DNA of 64,000 bases from contig JBEKFI010000006.1 in NCBI GenBank assembly GCA_050013395.1, positions 12,303 through 76,302 on the forward strand, in the 5' to 3' direction. This DNA comes from Verrucomicrobiia bacterium (GTDB taxonomy: Bacteria > Verrucomicrobiota > Verrucomicrobiia > Palsa-1439). Position 1 is the first letter of the stretch. Each line of letters starts with the position of its first letter. Shown piece by piece: positions 1 to 9,381 of the stretch. The position numbers and the translations under genes were made by a program. The notes below the pieces were generated by a model. The model worked only from the letters and a program-made list of their open reading frames with translations, did not search any database and was not told the DNA's origin.

Positions 1-2
1 TA

Positions 3-1562
3 ATGGAGCGATGGAGTAATGGAGCGATGGGAACGACCGAACCCAGTACTCCAGCACTCCAACACTCCATCACTCCGTTTGTTGGTTTCTCTTCCATCAC
101 CAAAACGTTCGTCGGTGTGACGGCGCTGGACGGCGTCAGCCTCGCGATCGAGCGCGGCGAATGTCACGGGTTGATGGGCGAGAACGGCGCGGGCAAATCC
201 ACGCTCGGCAAAATTCTGGCGGGCATTCATCGTCCCGACTCCGGTGAAATTCGTATCGACAGCAAACCGCATCATTTCCACTCGCCCCGCGACGCGGCGC
301 GAGCTGGCGTCGGCATGGTGCACCAGGAACTGGCTTTCTGCCCCGACCTGACCGTTGCCGAAAACCTCAGTCTGGGTCAGTACCCGCGCCGGTTCGGCAT
401 CATGACCGACCGCCGCGCGATGGTGGCACGCGCGCAGAAACTTCTCGGCGAGATTGGCGTCACGCTCGACGTGCGTCAGCCGATGAAGCAACTCACCACC
501 GGCCAGGAACAACTCGTTCAGATCGCCGCTGCGGTCGGCACCGGCGCCAAGATCCTCGTCTTCGATGAACCGACCAGTTCGCTGTCGGAAGCCGAGTCGC
601 AACGCCTGTTCGAGTTGATCGAGCGGTTGCGTCAACGCGGCGTGACGATGATTTACGTCTCGCATCGGCTGCCGGAAGTGTTCCGGTTGTGCGACCGCAT
701 CAGCGTGTTGCGCGACGGGCGTTACGTCGGCACGCTCAGCCGCGCCGACGCCACACAGGACAAAGTGGTGCAGATGATGATCGGGCGCCCGCTCGCCGAC
801 TATTTCCCGCATCATCTCAGCGTCCCGCGAGGCGGGATGAAACTGCGGGTCAAAAACCTCACGTCGCCGGGAAAGTTTGAGGATATTTCCTTCGAGGTGC
901 GCGCCGGGGAGATTGTCGGCCTGGCCGGCCTCGTCGGTTCCGGCCGCAGCGAAGTGGCGCAAGCCATCTTCGGCCTGGACCCGGACGCGCGCGGCACCGT
1001 GGAAGTGGACGGCCAACCGTTGCGGCTCGGTTCCGCGCGGGAAGCGCTGCGGCGCGGCGTCGGTCTGATCCCCGAAGACCGCAAACGTCAGGGACTGGTG
1101 TTGATGATGAGCGGTCGCGGCAATTTCTCGTTGGCGATTCTGGATCGATTGCGCAGGTTCGGGTTGCTGAACCGCAAACAGGAAGCCTGCGAGGCCGGGG
1201 AGCTGTTCGCGCATCTGCGCGTGAAAACGCCGAGCATCGAGACGCCCGTGGCCGCGCTCAGCGGCGGCAACCAACAGAAGGTCGTCCTCGCCAAATGGCT
1301 CGCCGCCCACTGCCGCATTCTCATGGTGGACGAACCGACGCGCGGCGTGGACGTCGGCGCGAAGGCGGAGATTCATGGATTGATCGATCAACTCGCCAAC
1401 GAAGGCAGCGGCGTGCTGTTGATCTCCAGCGAACTGCCCGAAGTCATCAATCTTTCGACGCGCATCCTCGTGCTGCGGGCCGGCCGGATCGTTGGCGAAG
1501 TCTCGCGCGACCAGGCGAACCAGGAGACACTGATGCGGTTGATGGCGGGGATTGGGTCGTGA
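3..1562 (+). CDS. Sugar (ribose/xylose-type) ABC transporter ATP-binding protein with two nucleotide-binding domains
   Basis: Two Walker A motifs (GENGAGKST; GLVGSGRSE) and a signature motif (LSGGNQQKV). Domain order is RbsA/MglA-like. The start may be the internal ATG at 27. Confidence 0.8.
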   Translation: MERWSNGAMGTTEPSTPALQHSITPFVGFSSITKTFVGVTALDGVSLAIERGECHGLMGENGAGKSTLGKILAGIHRPDSGEIRIDSKPHHFHSPRDAARAGVGMVHQELAFCPDLTVAENLSLGQYPRRFGIMTDRRAMVARAQKLLGEIGVTLDVRQPMKQLTTGQEQLVQIAAAVGTGAKILVFDEPTSSLSEAESQRLFELIERLRQRGVTMIYVSHRLPEVFRLCDRISVLRDGRYVGTLSRADATQDKVVQMMIGRPLADYFPHHLSVPRGGMKLRVKNLTSPGKFEDISFEVRAGEIVGLAGLVGSGRSEVAQAIFGLDPDARGTVEVDGQPLRLGSAREALRRGVGLIPEDRKRQGLVLMMSGRGNFSLAILDRLRRFGLLNRKQEACEAGELFAHLRVKTPSIETPVAALSGGNQQKVVLAKWLAAHCRILMVDEPTRGVDVGAKAEIHGLIDQLANEGSGVLLISSELPEVINLSTRILVLRAGRIVGEVSRDQANQETLMRLMAGIGS

Positions 1563-1608
1563 AGCGTGGAGCGTCGGAGCGTGAGAGCGTGGAGCGCAAG
1601 GGAATTGT

Positions 1609-1637
1609 AGCCGCGAGACTTTCTCGCGGCGTTTGTT
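1609..1637 (+). terminator. Putative intrinsic terminator after the ABC ATPase gene
   Basis: GC stem gccgcgaga-cttt-ctcgcggc followed by a T-rich stretch (gtttgttg). It is preceded by a GAGCGT-rich micro-repeat. Confidence 0.35.
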
Positions 1638-1717
1638 GCCGGGGCGGGAGGGTCGCGACAAGTCTTGCATCTATCTCGTAGGATCGCCATTCTTGGCGCG
1701 ACCGGGACACCGCGACG

Positions 1718-3106
1718 ATGAGTGAGCAACCACAGCAAATTCCTGCCAAACGCCGCCGCTGGCCGCGACGGATTCTTGTCGTCATCCTCGTCCTCGCGGC
1801 TCTCTACGCCGCGTACCGCTACACGCTCCATCGCATGGTCGAAGCCAAGCTCGATGAAATCCGCAAGCAAGGCTACCCCGTCACGCTCACTGAGTTGGAC
1901 AAATGGTATCCGCAACCGCCGCCGGGAGAGAATGCGGCGGATGTTTATGAAAACGCCTTCTCACGGTATGCGAAATGGGACTACGAGAAACTTCGGGTCT
2001 TGCCTGTAGTGGGAGACGTACGCCGGCCAAAACGTGGCGAACCATTGCCAAGCCAACTGCGCGAAACTGCTGCAACCTATTTGGCTGAAAGCGAACCGGC
2101 CTTGAGACTGCTCCATGCCGGAGTTGCGCGGAAGCGCTGTCGGTATCCTGTCAGTTTCTCCGAGGGAGTCGAAACACCTTTGCCACACTTGAACGAAGTG
2201 CGTCAAGGGGCCCGGCTGCTCTCCCTTGAGGCCACCTTGCATGCTGCTGGGGGCGAAGCGCAGAGTGCGGCCAGTTCCATCTCTGCAGCGGTGGCTCTGG
2301 CACGTTCACTGACAGACGAACCGGGACTTGTTGACCAACTTGTTCGGGTAGCAGTGCTGCGAATAGACGCGTCATGCCTGGAAGACATCCTCAATCGGAC
2401 TGCATTCGCAGATGCTCAATTGCGGGAACTTGACGCTGCCTTAGGCGAATCGGAAACCACCAACGGTCTTGCGCGGGCGCTTGGAAGTGAAATCGTCATC
2501 CATGTCGATCTCTTCCATCGGCCGGTAAAACGCCAACTCACATCGATGCTTCCGCCGCCGCCGCCCGACGGCTTTATGAACAGCGTTGGCTTTTTGATCC
2601 CGGCTTGGTACAGGCGGCCGCAATTCTATTTTCTCAAGGCGTCAGGATTGATGGAGATCGATCTTCTGCATCATCTGAGGATTATGGAAGGCTATCTTCA
2701 TGCCGCACAGCTTCCCCTGCCTGAAAGACTTGCCGCTGCGAAGTTTGTCGATAGCGAGACGCGAAAGCTACCGAAGTTCTGTGTGATGTCAAACTGGCTA
2801 TGCGGCTATGGTAGTGGTAGCATGAGCGCATTCGTTGCGAAAGACTTGGCTGCTATCGCCAGCCTGCGATGTTGCCGTACTTCTTTTGCCTTGGAACGCC
2901 ATCGACTCGCTAGTGGCAACCCGCCTGATCGCTTTGATGAACTTGTGCCCACCTATCTCGCTGCCGTTCCCACCGATCCCTTCGATGGCCAGCTGTTGCG
3001 ATACAAGAAGTTGGAGAATGGGTACGTCGTGTATAGCGTCGCCGAGGACGGCAAGGACGATGGCGGCGACGAGAAGAAGGACATCACGTTCACGGTCGAG
3101 CGATAA
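1718..3106 (+). CDS. Hypothetical membrane-anchored protein, paralog A of a tandem pair
   Basis: Basic N-terminus followed by one TM helix (ILVVILVLAALYAAY). Shares the conserved motif EIRKQGYPVTLTELDKWYPQ and the C-terminal motif GYVVYSVAEDGKDDGGDEKKDITF with the downstream paralog. Confidence 0.5.
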   Translation: MSEQPQQIPAKRRRWPRRILVVILVLAALYAAYRYTLHRMVEAKLDEIRKQGYPVTLTELDKWYPQPPPGENAADVYENAFSRYAKWDYEKLRVLPVVGDVRRPKRGEPLPSQLRETAATYLAESEPALRLLHAGVARKRCRYPVSFSEGVETPLPHLNEVRQGARLLSLEATLHAAGGEAQSAASSISAAVALARSLTDEPGLVDQLVRVAVLRIDASCLEDILNRTAFADAQLRELDAALGESETTNGLARALGSEIVIHVDLFHRPVKRQLTSMLPPPPPDGFMNSVGFLIPAWYRRPQFYFLKASGLMEIDLLHHLRIMEGYLHAAQLPLPERLAAAKFVDSETRKLPKFCVMSNWLCGYGSGSMSAFVAKDLAAIASLRCCRTSFALERHRLASGNPPDRFDELVPTYLAAVPTDPFDGQLLRYKKLENGYVVYSVAEDGKDDGGDEKKDITFTVER

Positions 3107-3225
3107 GAGGTCGTGAAGCGTGGAGCGTTAGAGCGTGGGAGCGACAGGCAGAACTTTGTCCCAAACACTCCGGCACCGGTTCTGGTTGCGCGGCGGAGGA
3201 AAAAACGATAGGTAAGGGGGCAGGT

Positions 3226-4608
3226 ATGAGCGCGACAGCAACCAGTTCTCTTTGGAGTCGCAGACGCAAGTGGGCGCTGCGGCTGCTGATTGCCGGGCTG
3301 GTCTTGGTCGCGCTGTTTACTGTCTATCGATACACTCTGGAACGCGTGCTGGCATCGAAGCTGGAGGCGATCCGCAAGCAAGGCTACCCGGTCACGCTGG
3401 CGGAGTTGGACAAATGGTATCCGCAAGTGCTCGCGGGCGGGAACGGCGCGGACGCGTTCGGCGTGGCCTTCACCCGATTGGCAAACGGAACGGATCCGCC
3501 ATCATCGCCTCGCGTCGATCTGGCCGGCCTCACTCCGCACACCACGCCGCTGTCTGACGCCATAAAGCAGGCCATGACGAGTTTGCTGGCCAGCAACGCG
3601 GAGGCCATGGCCCTCTTGCACGAGGCTGCATCCACCAAGCGGAGCCGCTATCCGCTGAATCTGGAAAGACTTTCCCTGTTGCCCTATCCGCATCTGGTGA
3701 ACCTGCACCGCAGCGCGTATTTGCTGGAATTGGAGGCCGTCGGCTACGCTGAGAACGAGAATCCGGCGCTGGCCGCCCGCTCGGTGGATTCGCTGCTGGG
3801 TCTCGCGCGCTCCCTGGCGGCCGAACCGCTGGTGCGCTCTTATCTGGCGCGCCTTGAGTGTCAGCGCGTTGCCGTGGCCAGCTTCCAGCAAGTCCTCAAC
3901 AAGGTGACCCCGACCGATTCACAACTGGGCAGTCTGAGCGAGGCGCTGCAGCAGGCGAACAACTCGTACAGTCTGTCGCGCGCTTTCATCGGCCAACGCT
4001 GCATCGGCATTTACAGTTTCGAATTGATGGGCGGCATGGCTGACGTGTGGCGAATGCGTCTCGGGCGCAATTGGCACTGGTGGCAGCGACTGGTCATCAA
4101 ACTGACGGTGTTCTTCAGTTCGTCTGCCTGTCTCTACGACGCCTCCGGCCTGCTGCAATGGGACGAACTGCGTTACCTGCAGTTGATGGATCGGTACATC
4201 GAGGCGGCGCGAGCGGACTTTCCCGAGCGGATTGCCGTCGCGCGCACCCTGCAAAGCGCTGTTCGGCAGTTGCCGCGATCTCATGTATTCACGGGACAAT
4301 GGCTGCGGGGTATGAACGGCTCGGACCTCATTCTGAAAGACGCCTCAATGACGGCCCGCTTGCGCGCCGCGCAGATCGCTATCGCCACCGAACGGTATCG
4401 CCTCGCGCACGACCAGCCTCCTGAGACTCTGGCAATGTTGGCCCCGACCTGCCTGGAGACGGTGCCGACCGATCCATTCGATCCCGCCTCGGCGGGACTG
4501 CGGTATAAGAAGCTGACGAAGGGCTACGTTGTGTACAGCGTCGGCGAGGATGGCCAGGACGATGGAGGCGACGAGAAGAAAGACATCACGTTCGCAGTCG
4601 AACGGTGA
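3226..4608 (+). CDS. Hypothetical membrane-anchored protein, paralog B of a tandem pair
   Basis: Same architecture and the same N- and C-terminal motifs as 1718..3106; about 40% identity by eye. Confidence 0.5.
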   Translation: MSATATSSLWSRRRKWALRLLIAGLVLVALFTVYRYTLERVLASKLEAIRKQGYPVTLAELDKWYPQVLAGGNGADAFGVAFTRLANGTDPPSSPRVDLAGLTPHTTPLSDAIKQAMTSLLASNAEAMALLHEAASTKRSRYPLNLERLSLLPYPHLVNLHRSAYLLELEAVGYAENENPALAARSVDSLLGLARSLAAEPLVRSYLARLECQRVAVASFQQVLNKVTPTDSQLGSLSEALQQANNSYSLSRAFIGQRCIGIYSFELMGGMADVWRMRLGRNWHWWQRLVIKLTVFFSSSACLYDASGLLQWDELRYLQLMDRYIEAARADFPERIAVARTLQSAVRQLPRSHVFTGQWLRGMNGSDLILKDASMTARLRAAQIAIATERYRLAHDQPPETLAMLAPTCLETVPTDPFDPASAGLRYKKLTKGYVVYSVGEDGQDDGGDEKKDITFAVER

Positions 4609-4981
4609 GGCGGGCGTGGCGGATGGCGTGCTTGCGATGATAGCCGCAGACTGCGCAGAACTCATCGAGGATTTTGGATCTGAACTGGCGGCCCACGTGT
4701 TGATAGCGGGCACGGATGGTTCCGCCGTGGCGGGATATTCGTGTTTGGGATTTGTCCCCATAATGCAGGTTCCTTTCGGTAACCTGCATTATGAGTCAAC
4801 GACCCCTTCCCCCCGCACACCCTTTCCCTTCCCCGGTAACATTTAGTTAGAGCCAATTCGTCCTTGCCTCAAACCGGGCTTTTTACTTGATTCGCTTCAG
4901 CTTTCTGGGAAAATCGCTGCACTCGCGTTGCGCGCGAGAAGAACGAAGTTCTGAAGCGGGAATGTTTTCCGGAGATTTCCT

Positions 4982-7018
4982 ATGCCTTTTGATGCCTCGA
5001 AAGTTCGTGCCGTGGCTGTCGTCGGCCACGCTTCCAGTGGTAAAACTTCACTCATCGACAGCACGCTGTTCATGGCCAAAGCCGTGCCCACCCACGGGCG
5101 CGTGGCCAACGGCACCAGCGTCGCCGATTGTTTGCCCGACGAAATCGAGCGTAAAATCACGATTCACGCCAAACCGCTGCACTGCAAATGGCAGGATTAT
5201 CAGGTTTACTTGCTCGACACGCCCGGCGTCGCCGATTTCTACGGCGACACGATGGCGGCAATCCGTGCCGCCGATGCGGCCATCGTTGTCGTCGATGGCG
5301 TCAACGGCGTCGAAATCGGAACGAGGCGCATTTGGAAACTGCTCGACGAGATGCAAAAGCCGCGTCTGATCTTTGTCAGCAAGCTGAACAAGGAAAACAG
5401 CGATTTCTTCCGCTGCATCGAACAGATCAGGGGCGCCTTCGGCAAGAACTGCATTCCGTTTGAGCTACCGGTCGGCAAGGAGGCGGGCTTTTCAAAGGTT
5501 GTGAACCTGCGCACGACGCCCGAAGCGGAAGTGCCTGCCGAATTGCGCGACCAATTCAAGAGCGCCCACGACAGCCTGGAAGAAGCCGCCGCTGAGCAAG
5601 ACGACAAGCTGCTGGAAGAATACCTCGGCGGACAGAAGCTCACCGTTGACGAAATCACCAATGGCACGCGCGTCGGCGTGGCCCGCGGCGCAACGGTCCC
5701 GATTTACTGCGGTTGCGCCGAGAAGGAAATTGGGTTGCGCCAATTGCTTGACGGCGTCACGGCGTTGCTTCCGTCGCCGATTGACCGCGGACCCGTATCA
5801 TCCGAAAACGGCGAAAAGATTGAGCCCAAGGCCGACGCGCCGTTCAGTGGATTTGTCTTCAAGGCGACAGTCGATCCGTACGCCGGTCATCTGGCCTACG
5901 TGCGGGTGTACTCAGGGACGTTGCGGGCCGACCTGGATGTGTTGAACGCGACGCGCGGCGGCAAGGAACGCGTGCCGCAACTGTTGCGGCTGCAGGGCAG
6001 GACCCAAACGGTCGTCGCCGACGCGGGCCCGGGCGAGATCGTTGCGCTGGCCAAACTCAAGGACACGCACATCAACAACACGCTGTGCGATCCGTCGCGA
6101 AAAATCACTTTCCCGCCGATCCGGTTCCCGCGGCCGGTGATGAGTTTTGCGGTTCATCCGCACACGCAGAAGGACGAGGAAAAGATCAGCCTCGCCTTGC
6201 ATCGGTTGATCGAAGAAGACGCCACGTTTCACATGGAACGCAATCCCAACACCAAGGAGTTGGTCATCTCGGGCATGGGTGACATGCATCTGGCGGTCGT
6301 GGTGGACAACCTGAAACGCAGACTCGGCGTCAACGTGGATCTCAGCACGCCGAAGGTCGATTACAAGGAAACCATCACGGGGCGCGGCGACGGCCATTAC
6401 AAACACAAGAAACAGTCCGGCGGTCGCGGCCAGTATGGCGAAGCGTACGTCAAGGTCGAGCCGCAGGAACGCGGCAAGGGATTCGAGTACGTGGACGAGG
6501 TGGTCGGCGGCGCGATCCCGCGCAACTTCATCCCGGCCGTCGAAAAGGGCTGCGTGGAAGCGATGCTGGGCGGCGTGGTGGCCGGCTATCCCGTCGTGGA
6601 CGTGCGGGCGATTGTCTATGACGGCTCCTATCACGACGTGGACTCCAGCGAAATCAGCTTCAAGATCGCCGGCCTGCACGCGTTCAAGGACGCGATGAGC
6701 AAGGCGCGGCCCGTGTTGCTCGAGCCGATCATGAACGTCACCGTCTATGTGCCCGATCAATACATGGGCGACATCACCGGCGACCTCAACCACCGTCGCG
6801 GCCGCATCACGACCGTCGAACCGGCCGATGGCCTGCAAGCCATCAAGGCGCAGGTGCCGCAGGCCGAGGTTTTCAAGTACTCCAGTGAACTCCGTTCGAT
6901 GACGGGCGGCCGCGGAAGCTTCGAACTGGAGTTCTCGCACTACGAACAGGTCCCGCAGCACATCGCCCAGAAGGTCATCGCCGAAGCCCAAGCCGCCAAG
7001 AAAGCCGAGCAGGAGTGA
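4982..7018 (+). CDS. Elongation factor G family translational GTPase (EF-G paralog)
   Basis: G1 motif AVVGHASSGKT, DTPG, NKLD-like; EF-G domain IV/V-like C-terminus. Total length 678 aa. Confidence 0.8.
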   Translation: MPFDASKVRAVAVVGHASSGKTSLIDSTLFMAKAVPTHGRVANGTSVADCLPDEIERKITIHAKPLHCKWQDYQVYLLDTPGVADFYGDTMAAIRAADAAIVVVDGVNGVEIGTRRIWKLLDEMQKPRLIFVSKLNKENSDFFRCIEQIRGAFGKNCIPFELPVGKEAGFSKVVNLRTTPEAEVPAELRDQFKSAHDSLEEAAAEQDDKLLEEYLGGQKLTVDEITNGTRVGVARGATVPIYCGCAEKEIGLRQLLDGVTALLPSPIDRGPVSSENGEKIEPKADAPFSGFVFKATVDPYAGHLAYVRVYSGTLRADLDVLNATRGGKERVPQLLRLQGRTQTVVADAGPGEIVALAKLKDTHINNTLCDPSRKITFPPIRFPRPVMSFAVHPHTQKDEEKISLALHRLIEEDATFHMERNPNTKELVISGMGDMHLAVVVDNLKRRLGVNVDLSTPKVDYKETITGRGDGHYKHKKQSGGRGQYGEAYVKVEPQERGKGFEYVDEVVGGAIPRNFIPAVEKGCVEAMLGGVVAGYPVVDVRAIVYDGSYHDVDSSEISFKIAGLHAFKDAMSKARPVLLEPIMNVTVYVPDQYMGDITGDLNHRRGRITTVEPADGLQAIKAQVPQAEVFKYSSELRSMTGGRGSFELEFSHYEQVPQHIAQKVIAEAQAAKKAEQE

Positions 7019-7158
7019 TCGGCACAGGGGCAACTCAGCGATACATCGGTATCCGATGTATGCCGTCGTCACGTCATCGCCCGTCCTGGGGAATACCGAC
7101 CCAATCTCCGCTTCGCGCTCACGTACCGGCTAACATCGTCAAATGGAGAATAGATAGA

Positions 7159-7668
7159 TCAGACCCCGGTCTGTCCATATAGTGTATAGCTCGGGCCGCT
7201 CCCAACGGGTGACAACGGGATGGCTTGTCCGTCGAAGCTCACGGCAAAACTGGCTCCCAACCACGGGAACACTTCCAACTGAATGGACTTGGCACTCACC
7301 GGAACCAAACCGACTTGGGCCAGGGAAGCATCGAGGAGGTCTGATGAGTCGCGGGTAAATGGGTTACCCCCGCATTGGAGAAGCGCAGTATATTGGCCTT
7401 GGATGATACCACCATAGGGCCAATCCGGGCCAAAGATATCGATGCTGGCATCTCCGAGTGTGGAGTTATTCTGCAACACTTGAGTGACTTGATTGGTGCC
7501 GAGATAGCCCGTCCAGTGTGGAATCGCGTCCGTAATCGGCACGAAGCCTCCATACTGAACTGGCGCGAGGTCGGCATCTTCAAAATCGAGATTTTGAAAG
7601 GTCTGACGCAATAGGCCGGACGTGCAACTCAGGTACAACACCAAAGAATAAACTAACCCTTTCCTCAT
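7159..7668 (-). CDS. PEP-CTERM-family paralog, C-terminally truncated (lacks the PEP-CTERM anchor)
   Basis: Signal peptide MRKGLVYSLVLYLSCTSG and TFQNLDFE/LPGW/GTNQ motifs are shared with the two upstream paralogs. The ORF stops before the PEP-CTERM region. Confidence 0.45.
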   Translation of the reverse strand: MRKGLVYSLVLYLSCTSGLLRQTFQNLDFEDADLAPVQYGGFVPITDAIPHWTGYLGTNQVTQVLQNNSTLGDASIDIFGPDWPYGGIIQGQYTALLQCGGNPFTRDSSDLLDASLAQVGLVPVSAKSIQLEVFPWLGASFAVSFDGQAIPLSPVGSGPSYTLYGQTGV

Positions 7669-7709
7669 CACCGACCTCGCAAGGGACAATACTCGTTGCC
7701 CGGAAGTTT

Positions 7710-8411
7710 TCACGCGGCCCGGCGGTAGGTCAAACGCCACAAGCCAAGCGCCGCGACTCCGATCACCAGTAAACTCAAACCACTCGGTTCAGGAATCGGG
7801 TCAGGCGAGAACTCGATGGAATCCAAGGTCAATCCATGGAGTTGGCCCTCGTACGGATTCTGGGCGAACACCGTAAACGTTAACTCAGCCGCTTGCCCTG
7901 CAAATGATGAAATATCGGCTTCGTATAGACTATAGTTTTGACCGGTCACCGGAGAAGAAACCAAGTTGAGACTTGAACCTCCCAAGGATACTGCGAATGG
8001 ACCGAAGGCATTTGCAAGAAAACTCAGCGACTTTGTACCTACCGGAACCAATCCGGTTTGGGAGAGTGATGCATCAGCGGATATCGAAGAACTGCCGAGT
8101 TGAAGACCTGCTTCGAGAGAAAGAGTGTAGTTCCCTTGAATGACCGGAAACGCGCCGCTGGAACTCCAAAGGGCGATACCTGTGGAATCCAAGAAAGCGT
8201 TGTCGTACAAAATCCAGTCCAGTTGATTGGTTCCCGAAAACCCATTCCAACCGGGCAACGCCTCGCTGAGGTAAACACCGTTATGAGGATCGCCAGAAAT
8301 TGGGACCAACGTTGCCGACTCAAAGTCTAAATTTGTGAAGGTGCCCGACGCCCACAGAACGGAAGTGCAACTCACATACAACACGAAGGAGCAAACAATC
8401 CCTTTCCTCAT
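7710..8411 (-). CDS. PEP-CTERM sorting domain-containing secreted protein
   Basis: N-terminal signal peptide. C-terminus PIPEPSGLSLLVIGVAALGLWRLTYRRAA matches PEP + TM + basic tail. Confidence 0.7.
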   Translation of the reverse strand: MRKGIVCSFVLYVSCTSVLWASGTFTNLDFESATLVPISGDPHNGVYLSEALPGWNGFSGTNQLDWILYDNAFLDSTGIALWSSSGAFPVIQGNYTLSLEAGLQLGSSSISADASLSQTGLVPVGTKSLSFLANAFGPFAVSLGGSSLNLVSSPVTGQNYSLYEADISSFAGQAAELTFTVFAQNPYEGQLHGLTLDSIEFSPDPIPEPSGLSLLVIGVAALGLWRLTYRRAA

Positions 8412-8451
8412 CCATCACCTCGAACAGGACAATACTCGTTGCCCGCTGTTT

Positions 8452-9129
8452 TCACGCGGTCTTGCGATAAGTCACGCGCCAACAGCCAAGCGCCACAACT
8501 CCAATCACCAGTAAACTCAAACCACTCGGTTCAGGGATCGGCTGGGCGGCGAACGAGATCGCGTCAAGATCGCATGGGGCGCTACCGTGAGCGGTACCTA
8601 TCGTGAATCTCATTTCTTCAACAGAGCCCGCAAACGAGGAAATATCACAGCCGAAGAAGCCGGAGCCAAGTGGAAATACCGTTGTATTTTGACTACCAAC
8701 CGTAACAGTCAGGTCATTCGTATAAAACAACCTGGCTTCAAACTGGAGAGAATTCGCCCAAACGGGGATCAGACCCGTCTGGGCGATGCTTGCTGGCTGT
8801 GCTCCTTCGTTTTGAGTGCCTCCAGCTTGGAGGATTGCTGTGTAGGTCCCCTCAAGCGGCTGGTAACCGAACGAATACTGAGGCCCCATAATGCCGACGT
8901 TGGCATCGCCCAGTGTAATGGCGTTATGCCCTACTTGGGTGAGTTGTTTCGTGCCGATGTACGCTGACCAGCCGGGAAGTCCATCCGAAACGGACACAAA
9001 TTCCTCGTAATCGGGAGGCAAATTGCTGACGTTAGCCGACTCGAAATCGAGATTTTGAAAAGTCTGTGCCCGAAGGGCAGAAGTGAAGCTTACACACAAC
9101 AGCACAGCTAGAACAATTCCCTTTCTCAT
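8452..9129 (-). CDS. PEP-CTERM sorting domain-containing secreted protein
   Basis: C-terminus PIPEPSGLSLLVIGVVALGCWRVTYRKTA. Paralogous to 7710..8411. The 5' leader is conserved among the three paralogs. Confidence 0.7.
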   Translation of the reverse strand: MRKGIVLAVLLCVSFTSALRAQTFQNLDFESANVSNLPPDYEEFVSVSDGLPGWSAYIGTKQLTQVGHNAITLGDANVGIMGPQYSFGYQPLEGTYTAILQAGGTQNEGAQPASIAQTGLIPVWANSLQFEARLFYTNDLTVTVGSQNTTVFPLGSGFFGCDISSFAGSVEEMRFTIGTAHGSAPCDLDAISFAAQPIPEPSGLSLLVIGVVALGCWRVTYRKTA

Positions 9130-9381
9130 CACCGACCTCGTAGCGCACAATACTCGTTGCCCGCCAGTCTCGCAAGCCAGAACTGGAGCGGGCAGAGACT
9201 GTGAGGTTCGATCTCGCACATTAGTCGCTCCGAATGTTGTTTGTTGAAACCTTGAACCCATTGGCTTGCCCACACGGTGCATACTGGCGTCGATGAGCCG
9301 CGGCTACATCTCACCGAGCAGCCGGCCGTACCTATTTCGGGTGTGACCACTTGAATAAGTGCGCGCTGGATACGTCTATCG

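Noticed and set aside
5912-7072. 386-aa ORF antisense to the EF-G gene (and similar long antisense ORFs at 10645..11349, 12788..13555, 14895..16142, 18102..18741, 21398..22543, 22243..23409, 38371..39780, 55965..56957, 57440..58444, 58931..60094, 61550..63172)
   Set aside because: Typical high-GC antisense open frames overlapping well-supported genes. They are Arg/Ala/Gly-rich with no motifs.
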